Source: Chitinophagales bacterium (GTDB lineage Bacteria > Bacteroidota > Bacteroidia > Chitinophagales > CAIOSU01). Taken from it: 64,000 nucleotides of DNA. The stretch is taken from assembly GCA_018401955.1 (NCBI GenBank), contig JAGYJT010000009.1, positions 1,871-65,870 on the forward strand, read 5' to 3'. This document shows, one piece after another, positions 26,528-35,344 of this stretch. A program made the translations under genes and the position numbers. Under the pieces are notes generated by a model, which was not told where the DNA came from, did not search any database, and was given only the letters and a program-made list of their open reading frames with translations. Every line of letters begins with the position of its first letter. Positions within the stretch are counted from its first letter, which is position 1.

Positions 26528-27532
26528 CTACTTAGCGTTGTTTTCTGGTTTGCTTAGGTAAGTATTTACCCTCAGTTTTACATTCTGCCTTATATCGTGC
26601 CAAAAGAGGTTGTAATCCAGTATATGCAATATATTGGTACGCCTAAACAATGGGGTTTTGGTATCCACCCAAAGCATGTTGTGGTGTATGCGGGCACTGG
26701 TTTTAAATAGGTTCTTGCGGTTCAATTTCAACAGGAAAGCACCTTTGCCTTGCGCCTCAGTAGTATCTATGTTCCAAGTAATGGGATTAACAATTACCTT
26801 GCCTACCAGTAGGTCTTTAGCGGTATCGGGGTAATAAAAGTTTTCATCAAAGCTGCTCCAGGTAACGTAGCAATTGGTTTCGTTGGCTTCTTTGCAAGGG
26901 GTAAGTACTTCATATTGCTCTGGGTAAATTGCGTAGCCCACTATATAGGCGCATACCAGTTGCTGCTTCATTTCGGGCGTATCAAAGTATTCTTTAAGCA
27001 GCAGGCGGGTATGGTAAGTGCCTTGGCTGTGCCCGGCAATAATTATTGGGCGGCCTTGGTTGTAGTGCTCCATGTAATACTCAAATGCCGCTTTTACATC
27101 TTGGTAAGCAAATGCCAACGCTTTAGGCCCATCTGTTGAATCTGTAAAGCTCTTATAAGTTGCTTGGCGGTAGCGTGGCGCATATACCCGGCCCATTTCG
27201 TTAAACACCGTTGCCTGAAACTTCACGGGCAGGTTGTCAATCTTACGGTTCAGTTTGGTATCGCTCAAGTCGGCATTCCAAGTATCGCCTTTACGGTATA
27301 AGGTAGGGTATATGTAAAACACATCCACCTGTTTCAACGAGTCGTTAACCGTTTCTATATACTTCGGTACTACATCTACGGCATCATCCCTAAACGGTAG
27401 GCCCAGCCAATTGTCCTCATTGCTATAATCAGGTGCAGCAGGTTGGTTTTCGGCCTTGAAAGCAGGCAAGGTATGTGAGCAGCCCGCCCAAAACAAGGCA
27501 GACAATAGCAATAAAGGATAGAAGGATTTCAT
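26528..27532 (-). CDS. DUF3089-like alpha/beta-hydrolase lipoprotein
   Basis: 334 aa with lipobox WAGC and nucleophile-elbow motif GHSQG. Confidence 0.65.
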   Translation of the reverse strand: MKSFYPLLLLSALFWAGCSHTLPAFKAENQPAAPDYSNEDNWLGLPFRDDAVDVVPKYIETVNDSLKQVDVFYIYPTLYRKGDTWNADLSDTKLNRKIDNLPVKFQATVFNEMGRVYAPRYRQATYKSFTDSTDGPKALAFAYQDVKAAFEYYMEHYNQGRPIIIAGHSQGTYHTRLLLKEYFDTPEMKQQLVCAYIVGYAIYPEQYEVLTPCKEANETNCYVTWSSFDENFYYPDTAKDLLVGKVIVNPITWNIDTTEAQGKGAFLLKLNRKNLFKTSARIHHNMLWVDTKTPLFRRTNILHILDYNLFWHDIRQNVKLRVNTYLSKPENNAK

Positions 27533-27621
27533 GAGGAGGTTTGAGGCAACTAATTTACAGAAACATGGAACAATATGCAGGAGTAAAGGTTTAGATGGCC
27601 TTAGTATTGCATATTGTGGTT

Positions 27622-27749
27622 CACCCCAAAGGGGTTTTATATCATTAGCATGGGGTCATTTCCCCATGTACGAAACACGTATAAATATTACGTAGGGCGA
27701 TGCCCCATCCTAGTGTTATGCATCCCCGTTTGGGGGACATACGTATTTT
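27622..27749. repeat. Modular hairpin-repeat family, copy B (module order L then S)
   Basis: CACCCCAAAGGGG...ATTAGCATGGGG...CCCCATGTACGAAACACGTA is followed by GTAGGGCGATGCCCCATCCTAGTGTTATGCATCCCCGTTTGGGGG. Confidence 0.8.
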
Positions 27750-27773
27750 GGATTTATCTCAACAATCCAACTC

Positions 27774-28781
27774 TTAAAACCCATTAACCCCGTTCACGGT
27801 AGTGTATTTCAAGTTTACCTTTTTATCAGGGTTAAGGTACTTGTAAGCACCATGGCACATCAAAGCCGCTTCATGGAAACCGCAAAGTATTAGCTTGAGC
27901 TTTCCAGGGTAAGTATTGATGTCGCCAATGGCATAAATGCCGGGTATGTTGGTGCTGTAGTCGTGTACGTTTACCTCAATGGCGTTCTTGTCAAGGTTCA
28001 AGCCCCAGCTTTCAATAGGGCCCAGCTTGGGGCTAAGGCCAAAGAGAGGAATCAAGTGGTCGGTAGCTACTTCGGTAATTTCATCGCTTTTGTTAATGAA
28101 GCTCACGCTTTCCAACTTGCTTTCGCCGTTTAGTGAGTGTATGTTGGAGTCCAGTAACAATTTGATTTTACCAGCTTCTGCCAAAGCCATTACTTTCTCC
28201 ACCGAATCGGGCGCACCACGGAACGATTGGCTGCGGTGTACCAAGGTAACCTCAGCGGCCACATCTGCCAAAAAGATGGTCCAGTCCAATGCTGAATCGC
28301 CGGCACCAGCAATAATCACACGTTTGTCGCGGTATACCTCAGGGTTCAGTACCATGTAGGCCACACACTTGGAACTTTCATATTGGGCCAGGTTTTCTAC
28401 CTCTGGTTTGCGAGGCTCAAAACAACCCAATCCGCCAGCAATACAAATTATTTTGGCATTTATCTCGGTGCCCTCATTGGTTTTGATAAGGAAACTGTTG
28501 TCTTCCAAGCGTTCATAACTTTCTACACGCTCGCCCAAGGTATAGGTGGGTTGGAAAGGCTCGGCCTGCTTCACCAAATTGTCAACCAGCTCTTGCGCTA
28601 ATACGCTCGGGAAGCCTGGGATGTCGTAAATAGGCTTTTTGGGGTATATTTCCGACAATTGACCGCCAATTTGCGGTAGGGCATCCACTAGGTGGCAGCG
28701 CATTTTCAACAATCCTGCTTCAAAAATGGCAAACAAGCCCACGGGTCCGGCACCTACTATGCATATATCGGTCTGTATCAT
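27774..28781 (-). CDS. Thioredoxin-reductase-type ferredoxin-NADP+ reductase / NAD(P)/FAD oxidoreductase
   Basis: The start is moved to MIQTDICIVGAGPVGL (GxGxxG). A second dinucleotide motif is GAGDSA. There is no CxxC redox pair, which favours the FNR type. Confidence 0.7.
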   Translation of the reverse strand: MIQTDICIVGAGPVGLFAIFEAGLLKMRCHLVDALPQIGGQLSEIYPKKPIYDIPGFPSVLAQELVDNLVKQAEPFQPTYTLGERVESYERLEDNSFLIKTNEGTEINAKIICIAGGLGCFEPRKPEVENLAQYESSKCVAYMVLNPEVYRDKRVIIAGAGDSALDWTIFLADVAAEVTLVHRSQSFRGAPDSVEKVMALAEAGKIKLLLDSNIHSLNGESKLESVSFINKSDEITEVATDHLIPLFGLSPKLGPIESWGLNLDKNAIEVNVHDYSTNIPGIYAIGDINTYPGKLKLILCGFHEAALMCHGAYKYLNPDKKVNLKYTTVNGVNGF

Positions 28782-28941
28782 AACTAATTGAGTGATATTT
28801 CTGGGGGCAAAATTACGGATTAAAAGTATAAACAGGCGTACTGTATTGGCATTAATAGCCCATTTTAACATCCAAGTAAGTGATTTGTTCCTTACAATTT
28901 AGATTTAGGTATCTACCTTTGTGTTAAGCCAACTTTAAGAA

Positions 28942-30153
28942 ATGAAATTGATGCGGAAGATTGTTTTAATCATCAACCTATTGCTTGTGGGAGTTTTTGC
29001 CACCCAAGCCCAAAACCCTTTGGAGCGAGACGAAAAAGCGATGATTGAAAATTTCAAAGGCTTGCAGGTAATGTCTAAGGATAGCAGTTTTTACATCAAT
29101 TTCCGTTTCAGGATGCAAAACAGGCTAGGCTACTATAGCAAAAGTGCAACCGACTTAGGCGTTGATCGTTGGGAGGCCCGTGTGCGCAGGCTGCGCTTGA
29201 GGTTTGATGGATATTTGCTTTCGCCAAAGCTTAGTTATAGCATTCAGCTCTCGTTTACACGTGGCGACCAAGATGCAGAGAATACTGGTGTGGCCAATAT
29301 TGTACGCGATGCCATAATATATTATAAGCCACACCCTAAGTTGGTTTTTGGTTTCGGGCTGAACAAGCTTCCGGGTAACAGGCAACGGGTAAATTCATCG
29401 GGCCAGCTCCAGTTTGCCGACCGCTCGATAGTAAACGGTGCCCTTACTGTGGATAGGGATTTTGGTGTAAAGATATACTACTATGGCGATTTTGGAGGCC
29501 GTTTGCATTACAACTTAAAGGGAGCAGTGAGCACTGGCGAAGGTAGAAGCGCCAACTTTACTGATGAGGGCTTGGCGTATACCGGTAGGGTAGAAATTTT
29601 GCCGCTGGGTAATTTTATGAGCGGTGGCGATTACAGTGAGGGCGACTTGGAGCGCGAGCCTGCCCCAAAAATTTCGATTGCTGGCGGGTACAGCTACAAC
29701 CACAAGGCCATGCGCACTGGTGGTCAGCTTGGGGCGGCTTTGTATGGCCAACGCTCTATGGGTACGCTTATTACCGATTTTTTGTTTAAATACAAAGGCT
29801 GGGCCTATGCTGCAGAGTATTTGCGCCGCACTTCGGCCAACCCTATTACCATAAATGATGAAGGTGATATAAGGTATGTGTTTGCTGGGCAAGGCACCAA
29901 CCACCAAGTATCATACACGTTCCCTAAAAATTACGAACTGGCTTTCCGTTATTCATGGCTCGACCCGCAGGATAAAATAGAAAGCTTGGCCGATACCCGT
30001 GAGATACTGGAGCTGGGTGCCACCAAGTACTTAAAAAAGCACCGAATAAAAGTGCAATTGAGCATGTTTTACGATGTGCGCGATAATAATTATAGCCTAA
30101 ACAACGACAAAAACTCATGGGGCGGGCTGTTCCAAATTGAGTTGGGCATATAA
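28942..30153 (+). CDS. Outer-membrane porin (phosphate-selective porin O/P-like)
   Basis: 403 aa with a signal peptide, an alternating beta-strand pattern and an aromatic C-terminal strand (GGLFQIELGI). Confidence 0.55.
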   Translation: MKLMRKIVLIINLLLVGVFATQAQNPLERDEKAMIENFKGLQVMSKDSSFYINFRFRMQNRLGYYSKSATDLGVDRWEARVRRLRLRFDGYLLSPKLSYSIQLSFTRGDQDAENTGVANIVRDAIIYYKPHPKLVFGFGLNKLPGNRQRVNSSGQLQFADRSIVNGALTVDRDFGVKIYYYGDFGGRLHYNLKGAVSTGEGRSANFTDEGLAYTGRVEILPLGNFMSGGDYSEGDLEREPAPKISIAGGYSYNHKAMRTGGQLGAALYGQRSMGTLITDFLFKYKGWAYAAEYLRRTSANPITINDEGDIRYVFAGQGTNHQVSYTFPKNYELAFRYSWLDPQDKIESLADTREILELGATKYLKKHRIKVQLSMFYDVRDNNYSLNNDKNSWGGLFQIELGI

Positions 30154-30196
30154 TGATGTGTCAGGGTTTTGTTATTTTTAGCCAAAACATTGAGAT

Positions 30197-30892
30197 ATGA
30201 AAAGGGTGGTTTTTTTCCTAGTTATTGTATCTATACTGATGCAAGGTTGTGTTTTTTCTGAAACCGAAAGAGGTGCGCTTACAGAGATTGCAGAATCTTA
30301 TGGTGGCAAGATTACCATTGCAAAAGGTACAAGTACCAGTGGCAAATATTATGAGGTAACACTCAGCGAAACCAGCACTCCATTGCAACTAGATAGGTCA
30401 ATGGAGATTGCGGCGCACAATATATCTATGATGGTGTACAAATCCATGGATACTATCAATCGTAATACTTATGATGAGATAAGGATAGTGCTAAATACAG
30501 GTGATATTGAGATTTCGCGAACGGTATCGGTGGCGTTGGCAAAAATATTGGTTGAAGGGGTCGAAAAAAATCGTAAACATGCTGATGAGATAAAATTGGG
30601 CCAGTTTGAGAGCTTTTATACCCAAATGGATACAGGTATAAGAAACACCTACCCGTTGGATAGTTTTTTGTTGTTAACCGATAAGGTATTCTCGCGCTCG
30701 GGCGCAGTTGAAGCGGCATACCCTATAGGTGTGGATACGGTTTTGTTGGATGACATAGTATATGCAAGGTATATCGACATTTATCGTGCCATTGATGATA
30801 CCTTGTCCGATGTGTTGATTACCAGGGTGTATAAGTTAAACGAAATGGACAGTGTTTATGGCTTTACTTTTGATTTAAGAAAGCGCGAATGA
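30197..30892 (+). CDS. Hypothetical lipoprotein, paralog 1
   Basis: 231 aa with lipobox LMQGC. It is clearly similar to the next gene product. Confidence 0.6.
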   Translation: MKRVVFFLVIVSILMQGCVFSETERGALTEIAESYGGKITIAKGTSTSGKYYEVTLSETSTPLQLDRSMEIAAHNISMMVYKSMDTINRNTYDEIRIVLNTGDIEISRTVSVALAKILVEGVEKNRKHADEIKLGQFESFYTQMDTGIRNTYPLDSFLLLTDKVFSRSGAVEAAYPIGVDTVLLDDIVYARYIDIYRAIDDTLSDVLITRVYKLNEMDSVYGFTFDLRKRE

Positions 30893-30977
30893 TATCGGTT
30901 TGTGCCTCTATAAGCACAGTTGTTGATTGCCCTTGGGCATATATTCCTTACCTTGTTGCCGAACTAAAAAGTTGCTG

Positions 30978-31673
30978 ATGAAAGGCGTAATTTGGGCTTT
31001 AGTTGCAGTATTGCTTATGCAATCTTGCGCTGCGGAATACAGCGATACGGAGCTTGCGGGCATTGAGGCCGTGCATGAGTTGTACCAAGGTAACATTACC
31101 TATAGCAAGCATTTTGGGGATGAGGGCGATTATTTCCTGATAAAGCTTACCGATACCGAGGTGCCGCTAGAGCTGGACAATACCCTAGAGATTGCTGGTC
31201 ATAATGTAGGCCTTATCATGTTTGAGCATTTTAGCAAAGAAGAACGTGGGTTATACGATTGGATAAAGTTGGAGGTGGTTACCTCTAAAGGACCTCAAAA
31301 CCGGACCGTAAGTATGGGTATGATACGTACTATATGGAATATGGAGGCGCGCAGTAGGGATGACTTAAAATTACTGGAAACCGGTAAATACGGTGATTTT
31401 TATGTAAAACTAAAAGCACATCAGCAACGGCAATTTGCGCCAGCGGTATTTGATAGTTTGGTAGGTGTAGTGTTTGCAGAAACGGGCGCCCTTAACCCAC
31501 CTATTGCATTGGGTGTAGATACTTTGGGTTATAAGGATACGATTATCGGCACTTACTATTTTGTACTTAAATCTGCTATTGATAGTACCCCTAGATTGGC
31601 ATACCGTGCATCGTATTTGCTAACCGATAACGATAGTATTATTGACTTTGGCTTACAATCGCTGATACAATAA
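30978..31673 (+). CDS. Hypothetical lipoprotein, paralog 2
   Basis: The start is moved to MKGVIWALVAVLLMQSC (lipobox). It shares blocks with paralog 1: PLELDNTLEIAGHN vs PLQLDRSMEIAAHN. Confidence 0.6.
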   Translation: MKGVIWALVAVLLMQSCAAEYSDTELAGIEAVHELYQGNITYSKHFGDEGDYFLIKLTDTEVPLELDNTLEIAGHNVGLIMFEHFSKEERGLYDWIKLEVVTSKGPQNRTVSMGMIRTIWNMEARSRDDLKLLETGKYGDFYVKLKAHQQRQFAPAVFDSLVGVVFAETGALNPPIALGVDTLGYKDTIIGTYYFVLKSAIDSTPRLAYRASYLLTDNDSIIDFGLQSLIQ

Positions 31674-32174
31674 AAATCTAAAAAGTAACCCTATTATAAG
31701 CAATATAGCTATCGCTTTTTGGCGCTTACGTAGCCAAAGTACTATCATAAACTGGGCGGTATTGGGGGCAGGGTGGGTTCTTATGTAATCATAGATAAAG
31801 GTGCCTACCACGCCTACGAGTGCCGTTATTCTGATTGCATCAAGAAAAAAGCTGAGGGCCGGGGTCCAAAAGAAAACTTTTGTAATAAGTGACAGTACTA
31901 TGCTGGCAACAAACAAACCAATACTGATGCCCGCAGCCATTGCGTAATTGAAATCGTTGCGAGGCAATATACTTTTAAGTGCAAACAAGCGCATGGGGAA
32001 CAATACCAGATAAGAAGCACATAACCCAAGGCCCCCTAGTAACAACATCTCGGTGGCATAGGGCCAGCTTTGCAGCTTAAACAGTATCCCGATTAAGTAA
32101 ACGGCAATGGAGAAAAACTCCAATGGCCCACTGATGCGGGCTATGAATAGGTTGGGTGGTTGGGGTTGGGTCAT
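31653..32174 (-). CDS. Polytopic membrane protein with GldL-like TM-hairpin motif
   Basis: 173 aa. LFKLQSWPYATEML matches GldL LFKLQSWPFASEML at 12 of 14 positions. A second degenerate hairpin reads LITKVFFWTPALSFFL. Confidence 0.6.
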   Translation of the reverse strand: MTQPQPPNLFIARISGPLEFFSIAVYLIGILFKLQSWPYATEMLLLGGLGLCASYLVLFPMRLFALKSILPRNDFNYAMAAGISIGLFVASIVLSLITKVFFWTPALSFFLDAIRITALVGVVGTFIYDYIRTHPAPNTAQFMIVLWLRKRQKAIAILLIIGLLFRFLLYQRL

Positions 32175-32177
32175 GGT

Positions 32178-32723
32178 TTATAACTTAATGCCTATAACGG
32201 TATACGCCATCACAAATATAGCCACCAAAAAGAAAAGCCTAGGCCAGAGAATAAATGCAAACTGATATGCTTGTGGCTCTTTTTTACCTATGCGATGCCA
32301 AACAAACAGGCAATAAAAACAAGTAGTTACAATTCCTATTGTAGAGATAATTTTTAAGACCTCAATAATATCATGTAGCAATATCAAGCGCTCAATGCTC
32401 AGTGTTGGATAATAAGTCATTTTTCCCACCATCAAACTCAAAACATATAGTGCCAAAGAACCAAATGCCAAAACAAACATAGAGGCTTGAGTCTTTGAAA
32501 TAGAATCTATTATTTTAACAACCCACAATGGATAGACAATGGCATAGGTAAGCAGCCAGCCCAATGTACCAATATATACAGGGATAACATAATAGGGTAA
32601 GGCGGCAAGCTGCATAAGGCTGCCAATAACGTATATGCCGAAGAAAACAATTTCCATCCACTTTGCGTACCTGGCCGACCAATGCAATGGATTGTATTCG
32701 TTAGGTCTATCTAATATTTCCAT
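32178..32723 (-). CDS. Polytopic membrane protein, distant paralog of 31653-32174
   Basis: 181 aa with the same helix layout (IGSLMQLAALPYYVIPVY...; VLSLMVGKMTYYPTLS...). It is AT-rich relative to its neighbours. Confidence 0.5.
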   Translation of the reverse strand: MEILDRPNEYNPLHWSARYAKWMEIVFFGIYVIGSLMQLAALPYYVIPVYIGTLGWLLTYAIVYPLWVVKIIDSISKTQASMFVLAFGSLALYVLSLMVGKMTYYPTLSIERLILLHDIIEVLKIISTIGIVTTCFYCLFVWHRIGKKEPQAYQFAFILWPRLFFLVAIFVMAYTVIGIKL

Positions 32724-32741
32724 GGGCCCTTTTTGTCCAAT

Positions 32742-34304
32742 TTATAAAACAATTCCCATTTGTATGGCAATGGCTTCCGCACACCGTTCCCCATCCATAG
32801 CTGCCGACATGATGCCGCCCGCATAGCCAGCACCTTCGCCGCAAGGGTATAGGCCCTTTAGTTGTGGGTGCTGCAATGTTTCATCCCTTGGTATGCGCAC
32901 AGGTGTGCTGGTGCGGCTCTCTACGCCCACCAATACTGCCTCTTCGGTTACATAGCCACGCATCTTTTGTCCAAATGCTTGTAACCCCTCACGCAAGCGC
33001 AAGTGTACCTCGCTAGGCAGCACTGCTTCTAAATCGTAAGAAGTTAGCCCTGGATGGTACGAGCAGTTGGGCAGGGTAGTGCTCACCTTGTTGCGAATAA
33101 AGTCGGTAACGCGCTGTGCTGGGGCTTTTAATTTTCCGCCACCAGCCGCAAACGCTTTTTGCTCCACTTCGGCTTGGTAGTGCATGCCCGCCAATGGGCC
33201 AAAACGTTGGTAGGCCTTAAAGTCTTTATCACCCACGCTCACCACCATGCCTGAGTTGGCGTAAGGGTTGTTACGCTTACTCGGCGACCAGCCATTTACC
33301 ACCACTTCGCCTGGGCTAGTGCTTGCCGGGGCAATAATGCCACCCGGGCACATGCAAAACGAAAACACCCCTCGGCCCATCGCTTGGTGCACTAGGCTAT
33401 AGCTGGCTGCTGGCAGCAAATCGCCACGCACGTCGCATTTGTATTGTATGCTGTCAATTAGTTCTTGTGGGTGCTCAATGCGCACGCCTAGGGCAAAAGG
33501 TTTGGCCTCCACTTCAAGGCCCATGCCGTGCAGCATCTCAAATATATCGCGTGCACTGTGGCCCGTGGCTAGTATTAGCGCTTGGGCTATGTGCTTTTCG
33601 CCATCGGCACAGGCAATGCCCGTTAGTTGCCCACCTTTATGAAGTATTTGGGTGAGTTTGGTGCTAAAATGCACTTCGCCACCGCAATCCTCCACATACT
33701 GGCGCATGGCACTAATAATTTGCGGTAGCTTGTTGGTACCTATATGTGGATGTGCTTGGTAATTGATGGCGCTATCGGCACCAAAGCGGGTAAAAAGATC
33801 GAGTACCCGTTGTATATCACCACGCTTTTTGCTGCGGGTGTATAGTTTACCATCGCTGTAGGTGCCAGCACCACCTTCACCATAGCAATAGTTGCTTTCG
33901 GGGTTTACTTCGCCCAGTTTGTTTATGGCAGCCAAATCACGGCGACGGTTGCGCACATCTTTGCCACGCTCTAGTATCACGGGTTTCAACCCTAGCTCAA
34001 TCAATCGTATGGCGGCAAACAACCCGGCAGGGCCAGCACCAGCAATCAATACGGGCTTGGCGTTGCGTACATCTATAACTTGTGGGATGGTATAGTTTTC
34101 GGGGGTATATGGTTCGTCAACCACCACCTCTACCATCACCTGCATCATTACATGCTTCGAGCGGGCATCAATCGATTCGCGAACGCGGCGGATGCCTGTT
34201 ATACGGTTTGGCGATACGCCAACTGCTTGGGCGCATTTAGCTATTACGGTATGCGCTTCGGCATTTTCTTGCGGCGTTATCCGCAGTTGTATTTGTTTTC
34301 TCAT
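32742..34304 (-). CDS. FAD-dependent oxidoreductase (COG2509-like uncharacterised dehydrogenase)
   Basis: 520 aa. It has GAGPAGL dinucleotide fold motifs and the C-terminal GEGAGYAGGI signature. Confidence 0.8.
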   Translation of the reverse strand: MRKQIQLRITPQENAEAHTVIAKCAQAVGVSPNRITGIRRVRESIDARSKHVMMQVMVEVVVDEPYTPENYTIPQVIDVRNAKPVLIAGAGPAGLFAAIRLIELGLKPVILERGKDVRNRRRDLAAINKLGEVNPESNYCYGEGGAGTYSDGKLYTRSKKRGDIQRVLDLFTRFGADSAINYQAHPHIGTNKLPQIISAMRQYVEDCGGEVHFSTKLTQILHKGGQLTGIACADGEKHIAQALILATGHSARDIFEMLHGMGLEVEAKPFALGVRIEHPQELIDSIQYKCDVRGDLLPAASYSLVHQAMGRGVFSFCMCPGGIIAPASTSPGEVVVNGWSPSKRNNPYANSGMVVSVGDKDFKAYQRFGPLAGMHYQAEVEQKAFAAGGGKLKAPAQRVTDFIRNKVSTTLPNCSYHPGLTSYDLEAVLPSEVHLRLREGLQAFGQKMRGYVTEEAVLVGVESRTSTPVRIPRDETLQHPQLKGLYPCGEGAGYAGGIMSAAMDGERCAEAIAIQMGIVL

Positions 34305-34367
34305 AGGGTTAGGTGGTTATCCTAAAACACTGCTGCAAAATTACCATTTTGTTATTGCATAATGCAG

Positions 34368-34500
34368 ATAGGGCGATGCCTCATCCTAATGTTATGTTTC
34401 CCCGTTGTGGAAGGTTTATATTTTCATAATGCGTTTTCACCCCAACGGGGTTTAATTACCAATAGCATAGGGTCTTTTTCTTATGCACGAAACATGCACA
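34368..34500. repeat. Modular hairpin-repeat family, copy C (S then L; most complete)
   Basis: ATAGGGCGATGCCTCATCCTAATGTTATGTTTCCCCGTTGTGG...CACCCCAACGGGGTTTAATTACCAATAGCATAGGGTCTTTTTCTTATGCACGAAACATGCACA. Confidence 0.8.
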
Positions 34501-34696
34501 AAAACACCGTTTTAACCCACCCACCATATTAAATTTCACTTTGGTTAAAATATTTACCCCACCGCTTCGTACTTCCATACCACGAGCGGCTGATAAAAGT
34601 TATGTATTCATTTTTGGTGGGTAAAAAATTGACGTTGGTCGAGAAAACTTTAAAAAACTTTGGAAACTATTTAACATTTTTTGGTTTCCTGCGTTT

Positions 34697-35344
34697 TTGT
34701 GCTATAACTTTGCCGCTGAAATTAAAATTAGGTGCTTTTTGGATACACTGGATAAAATTCTTTTTAAAGCAGAGGAGCTGTTTTTTACCTATGGGGTAAA
34801 AAACACTACTATGGACGATCTCTCTAGGGCATTAGGGGCATCTAAAAAAACCTTGTATCAGTTTGTAACTGATAAGGCCGACCTAGTGAATCGTACCATG
34901 GAAAGCCACCTGATGCTTGAGCAAGCACAAATTGGCGAGTTGGTTTCTCAAGCACCCAATGCTATTGAGGAATTACTATCGATTGCTCGACACGTAACCA
35001 GCCACATGAAAGGCATAAACCCCGCTATTGTTAGCGATATGATGCGCTTTTACCCAGCAGCATGGCAGCGGTTTACTGATTACAAAATGACCTTTATATA
35101 CAACACCATGTTAAATAACATCAACAGGGGGATAGCAGAGGGTTTGTATAGAGACGACATCAATCCGGATATAATAGCCAAAATTTATATCGCTCGCATG
35201 GATGTGATTATCGATCAAAAACTGTTCCCGTTTGCCAAATATGATTTTGTATCCGTTTATACTGAAACTATAAACTACCATTTGCACGGTATTGTCTCAG
35301 CCAAGGGGCAGGCCTATCTGGAAAAAAAGAAAACACTGGAATAA
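34697..35344 (+). CDS. TetR/AcrR-family transcriptional regulator
   Basis: 215 aa. The N-terminal HTH is ILFKAEELFFTYGVKNTTMDDLSRALGASKKTLYQF. The exact start is uncertain. It is the first gene of the efflux operon. Confidence 0.8.
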   Translation: MCYNFAAEIKIRCFLDTLDKILFKAEELFFTYGVKNTTMDDLSRALGASKKTLYQFVTDKADLVNRTMESHLMLEQAQIGELVSQAPNAIEELLSIARHVTSHMKGINPAIVSDMMRFYPAAWQRFTDYKMTFIYNTMLNNINRGIAEGLYRDDINPDIIAKIYIARMDVIIDQKLFPFAKYDFVSVYTETINYHLHGIVSAKGQAYLEKKKTLE

